From a virus, in the IMG/VR virus record IMGVR_UViG_3300025168_000038, positions 44,144 through 108,143 of that record: a DNA stretch of 64,000 bases. One strand, 5' to 3'. Below, piece after piece: positions 41,601 through 51,723 of this stretch (position 1 is the stretch's first letter; every line of letters starts with the position of its first letter). Position numbers and translations under genes: made by a program. The notes beneath the pieces are model-generated. The model was not told the origin of the DNA. It did not search any database and saw only the letters and a program-made list of their open reading frames with translations.

Positions 41601-43374
41601 GCATATTAAAATCTTTAAAGTTCTCTTTACCAAATAAATCTTCATACACTTTTAATAAACTTCCCTCAGCATTATAATGTCCCATATTAGTACGGTATTT
41701 TTGTTTACCATCTACTGTTACTCTATTAGTTGGATCATCAATCATATCATCAAATAAAGGACTGGTGTTTGTATTATAACTATGAGCCAATTCATGACGT
41801 AATAAACCTTTTAAAGGATCTCCATAATTAGTTCTTATATTTCCAGAGTTGTCGTATTGTAAACCAATAGAATAAGGGTAATTATAAGCATCTTTAGATA
41901 TTATATCTGATGCTAATTTTCTATCATCTCCATATTGAAATGGTCTAGTCTCAAATGAAGCAATTGCGTTATCTCTTTTAATTTGAGTACTGTCTCCTGA
42001 ACCATCACCATAATATGGACTATATGTAGTTGCTTCATTCTCTGATCCCGTATATGGATAAACTATAGCATTATCTGATCCTGCATTTGTAAAATCTATT
42101 TGATTTTTAACATTCTTTTTAGCCACTTCAATATCTATATCTTTTCCAGTAACATGCTTATAGTTTGCTACATATCTATTTAAAAAAGTTTCACTATTTA
42201 ATTTATTAATTAGTTCTTCTTTTTCTTCTTTAATAGGATAAGATCCAAGATTACCCATTTGTCCTTTAGGTAATGTTTTAACTTTACCATTCTTAGTTCT
42301 AGCATATCTATTGTTTTCATTTTCCATGCTAGGAATAAGTGTGCCTGAGTATGATTTACCTTTCCAATTCCAACTTACTGAGCCACCTCCTTTTTGAGCC
42401 TTTGGAATATATTCTCCTGAATCTTTATTTTCTTCTACATATATTCTATCATATATTTCAAAAGGTTTTACTATATTCTCTGTATCAACTCCTCTAAAAT
42501 CATATTTATCATAAATAGATAAATATTTTTCCTTTCTTTCATTATCATATCCCCATTGAAGTTGAAACCCTTGTAGTGGGTCTCTTCCATAAAAATCATC
42601 TGCATCCATAAAGTCATCTTTAATAAACCTAGATAATCCTTCTACAAATTTTTTCTTTCCTTCAGTTTTATTATCATCTCCTTTGTCATAATCACCCATG
42701 TGTTTTATTAATTTATTCCAATCTATAACATCTGGATTTAATTTTACATATTTATCATTAGGATTCTTTGCATCAGAAGGCATATATTCTGAAGGAATAA
42801 AATACTTTGCATCATTTGGAAGACCTAATGCCTTTGCCCATGCTTCCTCATCTATACTATAACTACCATCCTTATCTAATACAGGTGGTTTACCTTCTTT
42901 ACCAAAATAATCTCTCCATCCTGCACCAGCTAAACCAGATATACTTGGATACCCTTCAGGCCTAATTTGCTCAAAAAGCAGTCGTTTCATATTTGCATCA
43001 TTCACATCATTTGAATACATATTATTATACAAACTATTAGCTGCATTTACCATCAAAGCATTGTCACTACGACTTCTATCTACAACCCTTTCTCCAACAT
43101 TACCTTCCTGAGCCATAGGTATTTCAAATACTTGATCTCCTGGAAACTCATAATTCATACCTGGTTGCATCATTTGTGAGTTGCCTAAGTTATCTGTACC
43201 TAGTACAGGAAACTCCACATCTTCCATAGTAATACTTCCTGACTCAATAATGTTAAAAGGATTATCTACATCAGGACTATTAAACTTATACCCCTCTATA
43301 GATAAATATTCTGATATATCAGTAATATATTCATTTGGTCCTCCTGGTAATCCTATGCTTTTTTTATTTGCCAT
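38668..43374 (-). CDS. Multidomain cargo polyprotein (1568 aa): two HExxH zincin-like domains and a lysozyme/transglycosylase-like domain
   Basis: HELAH (41782-41796), HELNH (39886-39900), IAFHES...GRGMFQF (about 39190-39300). Confidence 0.65.
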   Translation of the reverse strand: MANKKSIGLPGGPNEYITDISEYLSIEGYKFNSPDVDNPFNIIESGSITMEDVEFPVLGTDNLGNSQMMQPGMNYEFPGDQVFEIPMAQEGNVGERVVDRSRSDNALMVNAANSLYNNMYSNDVNDANMKRLLFEQIRPEGYPSISGLAGAGWRDYFGKEGKPPVLDKDGSYSIDEEAWAKALGLPNDAKYFIPSEYMPSDAKNPNDKYVKLNPDVIDWNKLIKHMGDYDKGDDNKTEGKKKFVEGLSRFIKDDFMDADDFYGRDPLQGFQLQWGYDNERKEKYLSIYDKYDFRGVDTENIVKPFEIYDRIYVEENKDSGEYIPKAQKGGGSVSWNWKGKSYSGTLIPSMENENNRYARTKNGKVKTLPKGQMGNLGSYPIKEEKEELINKLNSETFLNRYVANYKHVTGKDIDIEVAKKNVKNQIDFTNAGSDNAIVYPYTGSENEATTYSPYYGDGSGDSTQIKRDNAIASFETRPFQYGDDRKLASDIISKDAYNYPYSIGLQYDNSGNIRTNYGDPLKGLLRHELAHSYNTNTSPLFDDMIDDPTNRVTVDGKQKYRTNMGHYNAEGSLLKVYEDLFGKENFKDFNMHAGMPAEISSAKAETEGRLLDEGIWDYNKEKFGSSQFEKMLNTNEKLVPNNSEAQLHFQSMEFSNLKGMMNDLKNFDKNDNKRKLRDVYDEGYNVSTFDEQDSFYDSWLQDNKRYSFEDGPYGDKSPYQNAKYLLKNSKTKRGKKYNKALEFVEGVDNIQNIADQKSIIDYRKGLENDINDLRPEVERKMKIYFNELVQENNPNQPVMAQQGYEFRQGDENLFQKEIFDYKNFADKLASPFTAFGYSARNEPIPKGLNVSNPERNNLDMLVDVFNPFAWAQYAENSKRDFEEGEILSGSLNALGAIPVIPAWLSRAKIGELPKMINKLINPKAPSLIKDQVKKYSGNTPRNLDDITPVKGVRPPHIGRGGADIMPEGSNLQKPLQQLAAGADSFRATIQKRLNDLKPGSEGFERLVEAEAKYLQSVGQPYNKVFAERNALARYNELVSAKGNTINDNALAMWKDAIGDPKHVNHNIARELFKNNDGLYFNAWFQNAPRKAVYETGDFVPKKYLDPVTGVEMPFPDELYNKYLADPNMVINLKRLGKESIPGKVTTGMKYSNNAPVEVHELNHLLQAGRKMPLDDYARKLTPSANLSKTGKAQWEYFKEGSSGQEPTSYLAELRQSMLDRGIIKNIYDKITPNKLIQAEVSFANKPRGFYDYGWDRGGKNSGFLSNTRVLDLYEKTAKNREILSRALNKLPAAIPVVGASTALSQEQDGGFIPSRSQIIVSEDEQNKKNNQVLGLTNIIDYMVESRGGNEKTWTDLADNIAFHESGPQQRMNPLARQITKDGEKDGLGRGMFQFEPESFDTAKTRYKNVAEAAGKKTGIKYTLNENILNAESALDLSAKDQYTLFFANLIESPAVLKDYADGKLSMADVWLKGHKNVSKKGNRKSFANSMEAAKKELGKTGFLQFSLEDLLPYKKGGESEMLNTYKNYINGKVKSQEANNIYDKLNRIHLNDARRMGMSVPNYIMTHL

Positions 43375-43380
43375 ATTTAA

Positions 43381-46300
43381 TTATCTTTGAGACAGGTTTA
43401 ATTTAGTATTGTTTAATCTTAACAACATCTTTCTATTATTAGATTGCATTCTTCTTAGCAATACGTGATTAGAATAATGTCTAAACTTCTTACGTTGTGT
43501 TTCAGGCTTGTTGTAATTTAAGTTAATACTATTAAGTGTTCTTACATAACCATTACATGACGTTGACCATACAGGTTGTTCAGCATTTGTAAATTCACCT
43601 CTATCATTTGTTATATCCCAAAATTGGTTTAATCTAAATTTATGTTCTACTTTGTCTGCTAATACATTTATATTTTGTGAACCTATAATTGGATAAGTTA
43701 ATTCATTCCATGGGTTATTATAAGGTGACATATTTAATAATAATAATCCTGAAACTTGTTCATTGTTATATATTGTAGCTTGATCAAAATTAAAGTTCAA
43801 ATCTTCATATGCATCACCACCACATGCATTATCCATAGTACCTTTATAAACATAAGTTTCTAATTGGTATTCTATGCTTCTTATTGTATTTACTGCTTGT
43901 CCTGTATTACTAATAAGATCTATCTCCCATGGATAATCAGTTCCATAAAAATTACTAAACAAATCACATCTAACGTTGTGTCTCCAAAAAGAACTTACAT
44001 TATAGTTTGGAGGGGTCTGTACTAAAGTATTGTAATTACATAAAGCTGGATCAGGATCTACCCATGCTGGATCCCCTATAGAATATATTTCTGGTGGAGT
44101 ATCAGGACATGTGCCGCCTGATGGAGGTGGTATTAGGGTTCCATTAGTATCACAACTGCATTCTACTTTTCTACAAATAGGTGGTGTACCTGCTTGATTA
44201 GCAGCATCACAATCATCTGTGGCAGAAGTCAGTGAGTTATAGAAACCTGTAGCAGGATCTAAAAATACTTTTGTATATCCAGCTGGACATGTACAAACAA
44301 ATGGTACTGAGCATACATTACCAGCTATGGTTTCTGCAGCTAATGTTAAACTAGCAGCATCATTTGCTGCCATTATTACTTGTGCTGAACTTGGTGTACT
44401 AGTAGAAATATTATATGTTGTATTAGTAGCAGCATTTAATACAATTGGGCTTTGCGGAACTGAAAATTGTCCTCCTTGATTTGGTGGTGCTAAAGGAGCA
44501 CAAAATACAGAATATATTTCTTGCTTAAATTCACTTTGTAAAGTTGGTTCATTTTGTGCCCAACTTCCAGTATTATTTGGTATAATAGATGGAGGTATAG
44601 AATAAAATGAAGGCTGCCCTTGATTACCTTGATTATATCCAGCTGTAAATGCAGGATCTAATCCTACAGAAGTTTGAGTAAAATTTGAACTTTGACTTAT
44701 TCCTGTCATATATAAATCACCACCATAACCATTTGCTACTACGTTTCCATCAGTAATAACAATCATTATTTGTTTAAAAAATGAATCTAATGATCTTGCA
44801 GGATAAGCACTTGCACCTAATTCACTTTGATTTTTCTTATTTAAACAATTAAGACCAGTCTCTACGTTAAATTGATTTTCAGGAGCTACACCTGAAATAT
44901 TAAAATTAGCATTTCCTCCACCACTTACTGGTCCAAGACCCGTTCCTACTGACAAACGTGTCTCGTCATTTTCCCAGTTTTTATAATAAAATGCAATTAT
45001 TTCACATACATCACAATTATGCTTCATAGTATAAATACCACCTTGCAACAAACGGAATGTATGTGTAGACCATGCAGTAAAACCTATTTGCATTGTTTCT
45101 GCAGCTAATTGTGCTACAACGCCAGGATCAGTTAAAAATGAATATAAAAATTTTAATTGTGCGTTACCTCTATCGGCTAATCCTCCAGGTGAGTTACCAG
45201 GCCCTTGAGGAAAAGTAAATGATCCATATGATAAACCAGCACATTCAATTGGAATCCAATTAAGATTAGTTAAAAGACCACCTGTTGTACTACCTGAAAC
45301 ATCCATAGAAAAAACTAGATCTAATAAACAATCTGTAGAACCACCTGTAATTGTTGCAGCTAATTCACTTACATCAACATTAGAAGGAGCATTAAAATTA
45401 GATCCCTGTTCACACAACCCTGTTGTAGGATTAAAATTATAACCCGGAGGACATTGTGGAATAGTTGTAGTTGTTGTCTTAGTAGTAAAGAAATGATTTA
45501 TACTTGGTAAAGATAATTCAGGATGCCAGTCATGGAATGAAATCCATGCTTTAGTTTTTGGATCATAACTTATAGTCCATGAACAATCATCAAAATATAT
45601 TGGGTCTCCTAAAGTAATAACAACACCATCAGCTGCTGTAGCTCCTGTGTTCAATATAAATCCTTCAGAAAGATTAAATGAAACTGTAGCTATGTGTTCT
45701 TTTTTTACTTTATAATCTCTTTTCATAAAATAGACTATATCATCATTAGCATCATATACTGTTTGACATCCAATACCTGCAACCGGATTATCAGCCAAAG
45801 GTGAATTCTCTAAATCAGGAAACTGTTTAATTAATGATGATGGTAAATACTCACTAAACCAATACTTCATACCTTGATTAGATATAGGTGTAAGTCCTTT
45901 ACCAGGAGCATATTGAAATATTTTACCTTGTGCTTGTGATATATAAAATAATCCAGCAGGTGTGTTCATTACACTTCTTAAACTTTCACATGATCCATAT
46001 TCATTAGATACATCTGCATTGGCAATATTTTGAAAAGGCTGGCTAAACAATCCTCCATCACCAATTGTCAACTTAGTATCAGTCATTGTTTTAAGCTGAT
46101 CTACACCTTGAAAAAGTTGTGGAGATAAAAATGGAAAAAATACTACAGCTCCACTTTTACTAAATGGTTTAATTACACTAACTTCACCTTTAAAGTCTTT
46201 GTAATTAAATGGTAAAAATACTCTCCAAAAATCTTTTTTTAGTTCATTCTGTGCTTGTAATGAATAGATTAATCTTTTAGGATAAATAGTAAAACAAGTC

Positions 46301-49300
46301 TCTGCAACAGTAGGGTCATAACTTCTTGATTGTATTTGACCAAATGTAGTTATCTGTGATTGAAACTTTGCAGGTGTTAATGATTCATCATACTTATAGT
46401 AATTGTCAAACTTTTGAATCTCTGCATGAAATAGTTCTACTAAGTCATTGTATTTATAAATATCATAAAATCTTTTTTCTTTTGGTTCTTCATAATCTCT
46501 ATACGCTATATTAATTTCTGTCTCTACAAAGAAATCATTTATACCGTTAACGTGAGTATACATATAAGCATGAACCATACTAAATGCGTCATTTAAATCA
46601 TCACCTTGAAAAAGAGATCCAAATATATCAGATACACCACAAGTATTTTCACCTCTATCTAAATAAAATAAATCTTTAGGTAGAACTGGACCTGAACCAG
46701 GTAACAAAGCAGATAAACCTGCTGTAGAAATAACTTCTGCTAATCCAGAAATATCATACTTCCTTGTATCCATCCAAAATCTTGGGTAAGGTAAATTTAC
46801 TCTTAAACTATAATCATATGGAAAACCATCATATTGACCCATCATAAAATCAGTAAATATTGGCATAATACATTTTTCAGTATATCTACCTATAAAAACA
46901 TCACCACTAAAAATTGGATCTGTTGTATACATAAATGTATCAGGAAGTGTTGGATCAAGATGTGCAACACAACCTCTCATTTGTATTTGTTTGATGCCTT
47001 CTAATTGACCATATTGATTGCTCATATTGAACTTAAGGGCACCATACATTGCTGATATATTTTCTTTAAACGGACCTTCAGGATTTAATAATCTTTCATT
47101 AGAATTGCTAGGGTCAACACCATTACCTGCATCATTAATAAATCCACCTGCAACAAATCTTGATCTATCAGTAACACTGTAATTAGAATCAAAAGGATCA
47201 CTAGTAGATACAGCAACATAATCTGGTCTAAATAAATTATTTATTTTATATTTATTATTATCAAATGTTTGAAAAGATGAACCTAAATAATTAGATGCTT
47301 CTGTGTTACTTCTAAATCTGTTATCATAACCAAGTGGATTAAACCCACTATAAAAACCATGTGAGTTATACTTTAAAGCATGCTGTTGAAATGAAATCAT
47401 ATTATATATCAAGTCTACTACTTCTTGACCACCTATTGCAATATTTTTTTGAGTTAATAAAAACCCTATAGCTATTCTTATAGGTTTAGGTAAATTTGAA
47501 TCTGGTGAATCTCTAACAACACCTTGTTGTGCACCACCACCCATAAAACCATCTCCAAATGCTTGTGCTTGATCTATATTTTCTATTGCTAAATCATTTA
47601 TTTCATCGGTTGTAGATTTACCTGAAACAAAATCAGTTATGCTATTCCATGTATTATTTAAAAATTGAGAAACTTGTTGCCATATATTTCCTCCAATACC
47701 TGAACCAGTTACATTATTGTAATAATCTTGAATGTTATCTCCAGCTCCAGTATATGCATTACTGCCCTTTTCATTATTATCACCATCTATTTCTCCACCA
47801 CTTCTATTATTTAAATTTACTGTTGCAAGACCAGGTGGTACTGTTAAACTAACAAATCCACCACCTCCTTTTTGTTCTTCACCTTTTATTTTCCATTCTG
47901 GAAAAGCATTGTTAATAGCTTGTACAGGCATTGCTCTTGTATCAGGAGTTCCTTGAATTTGCCTAATAGAATAACCAAGACCTACAAACCCAGCTAACAT
48001 TGCAGCAAGTCCTCTTAATAATTTTTGCCCCGGATGATTTTCAGATGAAATAAAACCACCTGAAGATGCACCATTTATTTCTCCATAAATTTTAGTTTCA
48101 TTAGCATTTAAAAAAGGCCTAGTAAACATTAAATCTGGGGAATGAAAAGAAAATACATCTTCCGTATAACCACTTAATGCAGGATATGAACTTACAGATT
48201 GTGCTATACCATCGTCACAATCTTCTGTTCTATCTTGAGAAAAATAAACATCATCTCTTAAATCATTATATGGATAGTTAGCATAAAGTCCTTGTATGCT
48301 TCCACCTATTAAATTTTCATTATCTGGTACATCATACTTACGCATGTTTTTAAACATACCTTTTGCTAAAATACTTTTAGCTCCAAGTCTTGAACCTCTT
48401 AATATTTCATAACCAACTACATTTGGTATATAAGTTATACCATCATTTAATAATGGTCTACCTATATTGCTAAATTCTACACCAAGTATATTTATACTAT
48501 CTCCTGCATCTTCAGTTAAATGTAACTGATTACCTCCACTTTGTTCAGAAGGCATTTTATGATGCCTAATATATTCTCCACAAAGGCTACCCCATATTTC
48601 TGGTCTGTTAGGATATCTTTCTGTTGATTGCCAGTATCCCATATCCCCTTTGGCAATTATAGTTGTCTCATCACTAAGTTGAATATTCACTGGTTGAGTT
48701 ACTACTCCTGTATTATATATTTCAAATAAATATTCTTCTGTTCCCAATACATTGATGGAATTAGAAGAAGTTATTAAGTCATCTTCAGCAATAACCAAAC
48801 CATTTGGCAATGTATAATCTTGAGGTGGTCTACCAGGTATGTGATAAGATGAAGACCTTTCTCCTGTATTATATATCCATCTTATGAAAAATGCATATTG
48901 TTCATCACGCATAAATCCTAGTTTGTTTCCTGCTTTATTATAATAATTACTAGGAACTTTATTTACAACAAATTTAGTTATTATATTATTTGCAATAGGT
49001 TGATAATTAAAATCAAATTGCTCAGATGGTCCTTGTCTTATTAACCAATCATTTACTACAAACATAGATTGTGACTTCTCATATGAAGGAGAAATATAAA
49101 ATAAATTCTCTGCACTTTCAGACACTAATGATGGATCAATAAAGTCTATACTTATATCAGTTATTTCTGTACTATACAGTCCAATTATTTTTCTAAATAA
49201 CTGTCCTTGATTTCTTATTAATAGTGTTAACTGAAAATTATCAAATCTTTTATCTAGATTGGATATAGTTATATCCAAACCACATGCGTTATCAGAATGG

Positions 49301-50040
49301 TTCCATAAAGTTTGTATATTAGAAATACCAATATAATCACTTACTCTTTGTTCATTTTGCACATAAGCAACATAAGCCTGATAAGATCCATCTTCTAATA
49401 AACCACCATCCCTACTCTTATTTAATTTAATACATGGTGTACTCATTAAAGGTGCTAACCTAATCTCTTCACAATCTAATCTTAGAGGTTGTGCATCAGG
49501 ATATATTAGACATGGTTCAATACCTGTTGGGTTATCATAATCTTTAATGTATGGTACATTATCTATATTTAATGTTCTTGATGGATTGTTACTATCATCC
49601 CAGTATACTTGCCATGTACAATCAAAATTCTCTTTTGAAGCACCTGTAATTAAAAACTTCTTTTTAAAATTTAAACACTGATCATTTACTATTGTAGTAT
49701 ATTTACATTCACTGTCATCAAATCTACCTATTTCAGAATTTATATCATCTGTAGAATATACAATCCATTCATCTCCATATCTATGTATAGCACCTATAAC
49801 TGTATAAGGAATAACACCACACTGTAAATTTGCTGGCTCATTACCAATTAGACCTACATCACCATCATTATCATTATTTGCTGCATTTCTAGCATGCCAC
49901 CAAGCATTATTTAACTCAAGAGACTGAGCAATATCTTTGTTCATCCCTTTTGTAAAACTGTTTGTTCTTACAGATGATGAAGAAAACTTAGGTTTTGCAG
50001 CAGGTTTTTTAGAAGCAGGTGTAGACTTTTTCTTTGCCAT
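43381..50040 (-). CDS. Tail stabilisation/muzzle protein (crAss-like, P22 gp10 analogue) with VWA insertion
   Basis: SFTKGMNKD N-terminus, GFMRDEQYAFFIRW, WTISYD...WISFHDW motifs; follows ring genes; VWA DVSGS...VITDG insert. Confidence 0.75.
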   Translation of the reverse strand: MAKKKSTPASKKPAAKPKFSSSSVRTNSFTKGMNKDIAQSLELNNAWWHARNAANNDNDGDVGLIGNEPANLQCGVIPYTVIGAIHRYGDEWIVYSTDDINSEIGRFDDSECKYTTIVNDQCLNFKKKFLITGASKENFDCTWQVYWDDSNNPSRTLNIDNVPYIKDYDNPTGIEPCLIYPDAQPLRLDCEEIRLAPLMSTPCIKLNKSRDGGLLEDGSYQAYVAYVQNEQRVSDYIGISNIQTLWNHSDNACGLDITISNLDKRFDNFQLTLLIRNQGQLFRKIIGLYSTEITDISIDFIDPSLVSESAENLFYISPSYEKSQSMFVVNDWLIRQGPSEQFDFNYQPIANNIITKFVVNKVPSNYYNKAGNKLGFMRDEQYAFFIRWIYNTGERSSSYHIPGRPPQDYTLPNGLVIAEDDLITSSNSINVLGTEEYLFEIYNTGVVTQPVNIQLSDETTIIAKGDMGYWQSTERYPNRPEIWGSLCGEYIRHHKMPSEQSGGNQLHLTEDAGDSINILGVEFSNIGRPLLNDGITYIPNVVGYEILRGSRLGAKSILAKGMFKNMRKYDVPDNENLIGGSIQGLYANYPYNDLRDDVYFSQDRTEDCDDGIAQSVSSYPALSGYTEDVFSFHSPDLMFTRPFLNANETKIYGEINGASSGGFISSENHPGQKLLRGLAAMLAGFVGLGYSIRQIQGTPDTRAMPVQAINNAFPEWKIKGEEQKGGGGFVSLTVPPGLATVNLNNRSGGEIDGDNNEKGSNAYTGAGDNIQDYYNNVTGSGIGGNIWQQVSQFLNNTWNSITDFVSGKSTTDEINDLAIENIDQAQAFGDGFMGGGAQQGVVRDSPDSNLPKPIRIAIGFLLTQKNIAIGGQEVVDLIYNMISFQQHALKYNSHGFYSGFNPLGYDNRFRSNTEASNYLGSSFQTFDNNKYKINNLFRPDYVAVSTSDPFDSNYSVTDRSRFVAGGFINDAGNGVDPSNSNERLLNPEGPFKENISAMYGALKFNMSNQYGQLEGIKQIQMRGCVAHLDPTLPDTFMYTTDPIFSGDVFIGRYTEKCIMPIFTDFMMGQYDGFPYDYSLRVNLPYPRFWMDTRKYDISGLAEVISTAGLSALLPGSGPVLPKDLFYLDRGENTCGVSDIFGSLFQGDDLNDAFSMVHAYMYTHVNGINDFFVETEINIAYRDYEEPKEKRFYDIYKYNDLVELFHAEIQKFDNYYKYDESLTPAKFQSQITTFGQIQSRSYDPTVAETCFTIYPKRLIYSLQAQNELKKDFWRVFLPFNYKDFKGEVSVIKPFSKSGAVVFFPFLSPQLFQGVDQLKTMTDTKLTIGDGGLFSQPFQNIANADVSNEYGSCESLRSVMNTPAGLFYISQAQGKIFQYAPGKGLTPISNQGMKYWFSEYLPSSLIKQFPDLENSPLADNPVAGIGCQTVYDANDDIVYFMKRDYKVKKEHIATVSFNLSEGFILNTGATAADGVVITLGDPIYFDDCSWTISYDPKTKAWISFHDWHPELSLPSINHFFTTKTTTTTIPQCPPGYNFNPTTGLCEQGSNFNAPSNVDVSELAATITGGSTDCLLDLVFSMDVSGSTTGGLLTNLNWIPIECAGLSYGSFTFPQGPGNSPGGLADRGNAQLKFLYSFLTDPGVVAQLAAETMQIGFTAWSTHTFRLLQGGIYTMKHNCDVCEIIAFYYKNWENDETRLSVGTGLGPVSGGGNANFNISGVAPENQFNVETGLNCLNKKNQSELGASAYPARSLDSFFKQIMIVITDGNVVANGYGGDLYMTGISQSSNFTQTSVGLDPAFTAGYNQGNQGQPSFYSIPPSIIPNNTGSWAQNEPTLQSEFKQEIYSVFCAPLAPPNQGGQFSVPQSPIVLNAATNTTYNISTSTPSSAQVIMAANDAASLTLAAETIAGNVCSVPFVCTCPAGYTKVFLDPATGFYNSLTSATDDCDAANQAGTPPICRKVECSCDTNGTLIPPPSGGTCPDTPPEIYSIGDPAWVDPDPALCNYNTLVQTPPNYNVSSFWRHNVRCDLFSNFYGTDYPWEIDLISNTGQAVNTIRSIEYQLETYVYKGTMDNACGGDAYEDLNFNFDQATIYNNEQVSGLLLLNMSPYNNPWNELTYPIIGSQNINVLADKVEHKFRLNQFWDITNDRGEFTNAEQPVWSTSCNGYVRTLNSINLNYNKPETQRKKFRHYSNHVLLRRMQSNNRKMLLRLNNTKLNLSQR

Positions 50041-50057
50041 GTCTTGAGTTTATTATT

Positions 50058-51044
50058 TTATGATGCTGATGTTTGAGATGCGGTTCCACATCCAGCTGTT
50101 GCATCTTGTACAACAGAGTTTCTACCACTTGTTACTACATTTGGTCCTGCCAATGTAGGATTAATAGGAGCATAACTTAGAAACATATTATAATAATTAT
50201 GATATTGTGCCCTTCTATTCATTGTCCATACCTTTTGCATTTCTGCAAAATCAGGAGTATTAACAAAAGATAATGCATTGTTTCTTGCTGCACGCAATCT
50301 AGTTTCTATTAAACCAAGTTGTTGAGATACATTCTCACCTTGCCACACCATGTTTTCTAATATTCTTTGCTTTATAGCATATTCATAATACTCATTACAA
50401 TATGGTTGATCTAATACTAATAAATCACCAGAAGCATCTTCCATAGCACCTTGATAACTTAAATATACTTTACCTGTTCTAAATGTTGTAATTAAAAATC
50501 CATCTTTTATTTGTGCAATGTCTAATGCTTGTGCACCCAAAGATGGACAAAAACAAACTGGGTCATTAACATTTTGAATTCTTAACTGTGTCCAACTTGA
50601 AAATTGTCTATATTGATTAGGACCTACTCTTTGAATAAGTTGATGACTGTTTTCTCCATCACAAGTTTTTATAACACATACGTCTTTACATGTATCATCT
50701 TTACTACAAGGAGACATTTCTCCTGGAGCTGGTACATAGGGTACATCATTAAAAGTTTCTACGTGTGTGCCTGAGGGCATAGTATTATTAATAGTGTATG
50801 ACCCGCATCTAAATGCATAATTTAAAAAAGCAAAATCCATTGGTAATTGTGCTCTACCATGTTCAATATCTAATACTACTTCTTTAGTTCTATGTATTTT
50901 TAATCCCAAATCATAATTAACTCTAGTTGCAACTTTAATTAATTGTTGAGGTTCAATCATTCCTTCTAATGCATATGTAGAAAAATCAATGGAAACATCT
51001 TCCATCAACTGACTGAATGTTCTATATTTTTGTGATACTCCCAT
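50058..51044 (-). CDS. Tail tubular/ring protein
   Basis: GKVYLSYQG...DASGDLLVLD motif and synteny with the tail stabiliser as in Crassvirales. Confidence 0.6.
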   Translation of the reverse strand: MGVSQKYRTFSQLMEDVSIDFSTYALEGMIEPQQLIKVATRVNYDLGLKIHRTKEVVLDIEHGRAQLPMDFAFLNYAFRCGSYTINNTMPSGTHVETFNDVPYVPAPGEMSPCSKDDTCKDVCVIKTCDGENSHQLIQRVGPNQYRQFSSWTQLRIQNVNDPVCFCPSLGAQALDIAQIKDGFLITTFRTGKVYLSYQGAMEDASGDLLVLDQPYCNEYYEYAIKQRILENMVWQGENVSQQLGLIETRLRAARNNALSFVNTPDFAEMQKVWTMNRRAQYHNYYNMFLSYAPINPTLAGPNVVTSGRNSVVQDATAGCGTASQTSAS

Positions 51045-51718
51045 TATTGTCTATTTATATTACGTTTATTATCTGAATCCTCAGAAGGGATTTGCATTGT
51101 GCCTAACATTGTTTGTATAACTTGTGCCTCAATCTCTGCAAATAAAGCTTCAGGAATATATATAGGTTGTTCATATCTAGGAGTACAATCATCTGAAGTA
51201 TCACAATTCCATTTTGTTATGTCAGAATTAAATACTCCTTCTACTTGTAGTGCATCCCAATTAATATTTGGTGAATATATATATCCATCTAACCACCAAA
51301 AATATAATGTTCTATTGTATTTAAATGAAGTTGTTTTAGTCATAGATGTATAAGTACCAGGTTGAGTAGCTTGAAGCTCTTGTGAGCCATCTATAGAGCT
51401 TACAGTACGGATTAAAGGTCCCCAGTATCCTTCTATCATTGAAGGTAGTCTATGTTTAGAACGTTTTATAATACATCCACTTGTTATTCCTGAACAACCT
51501 GCTTCTACTTTATCTACTTCTATTAATTCTACATATGGTAAGTTTTTCCATACAGCATTAAACTTCATTAATTTATTAGCATAATCTTGTCTTCTCATTA
51601 AGATTTGTGCAAACTTTTCTATTAAGCTATATATGTATCTGTCAGTTACAAATGCATCTTGTACTTCTGCTTTAACTTGTCCTCTAATTCTTGATACTAC
51701 TTCAGCTATTGTTGACAT
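51044..51718 (-). CDS. Tail ring/adaptor protein
   Basis: 224 aa, stop/start overlap with the 328-aa gene; YFWWLDGYIY and D..P.YIP motifs; synteny. Confidence 0.55.
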   Translation of the reverse strand: MSTIAEVVSRIRGQVKAEVQDAFVTDRYIYSLIEKFAQILMRRQDYANKLMKFNAVWKNLPYVELIEVDKVEAGCSGITSGCIIKRSKHRLPSMIEGYWGPLIRTVSSIDGSQELQATQPGTYTSMTKTTSFKYNRTLYFWWLDGYIYSPNINWDALQVEGVFNSDITKWNCDTSDDCTPRYEQPIYIPEALFAEIEAQVIQTMLGTMQIPSEDSDNKRNINRQ

Positions 51719-51723
51719 ATTAT

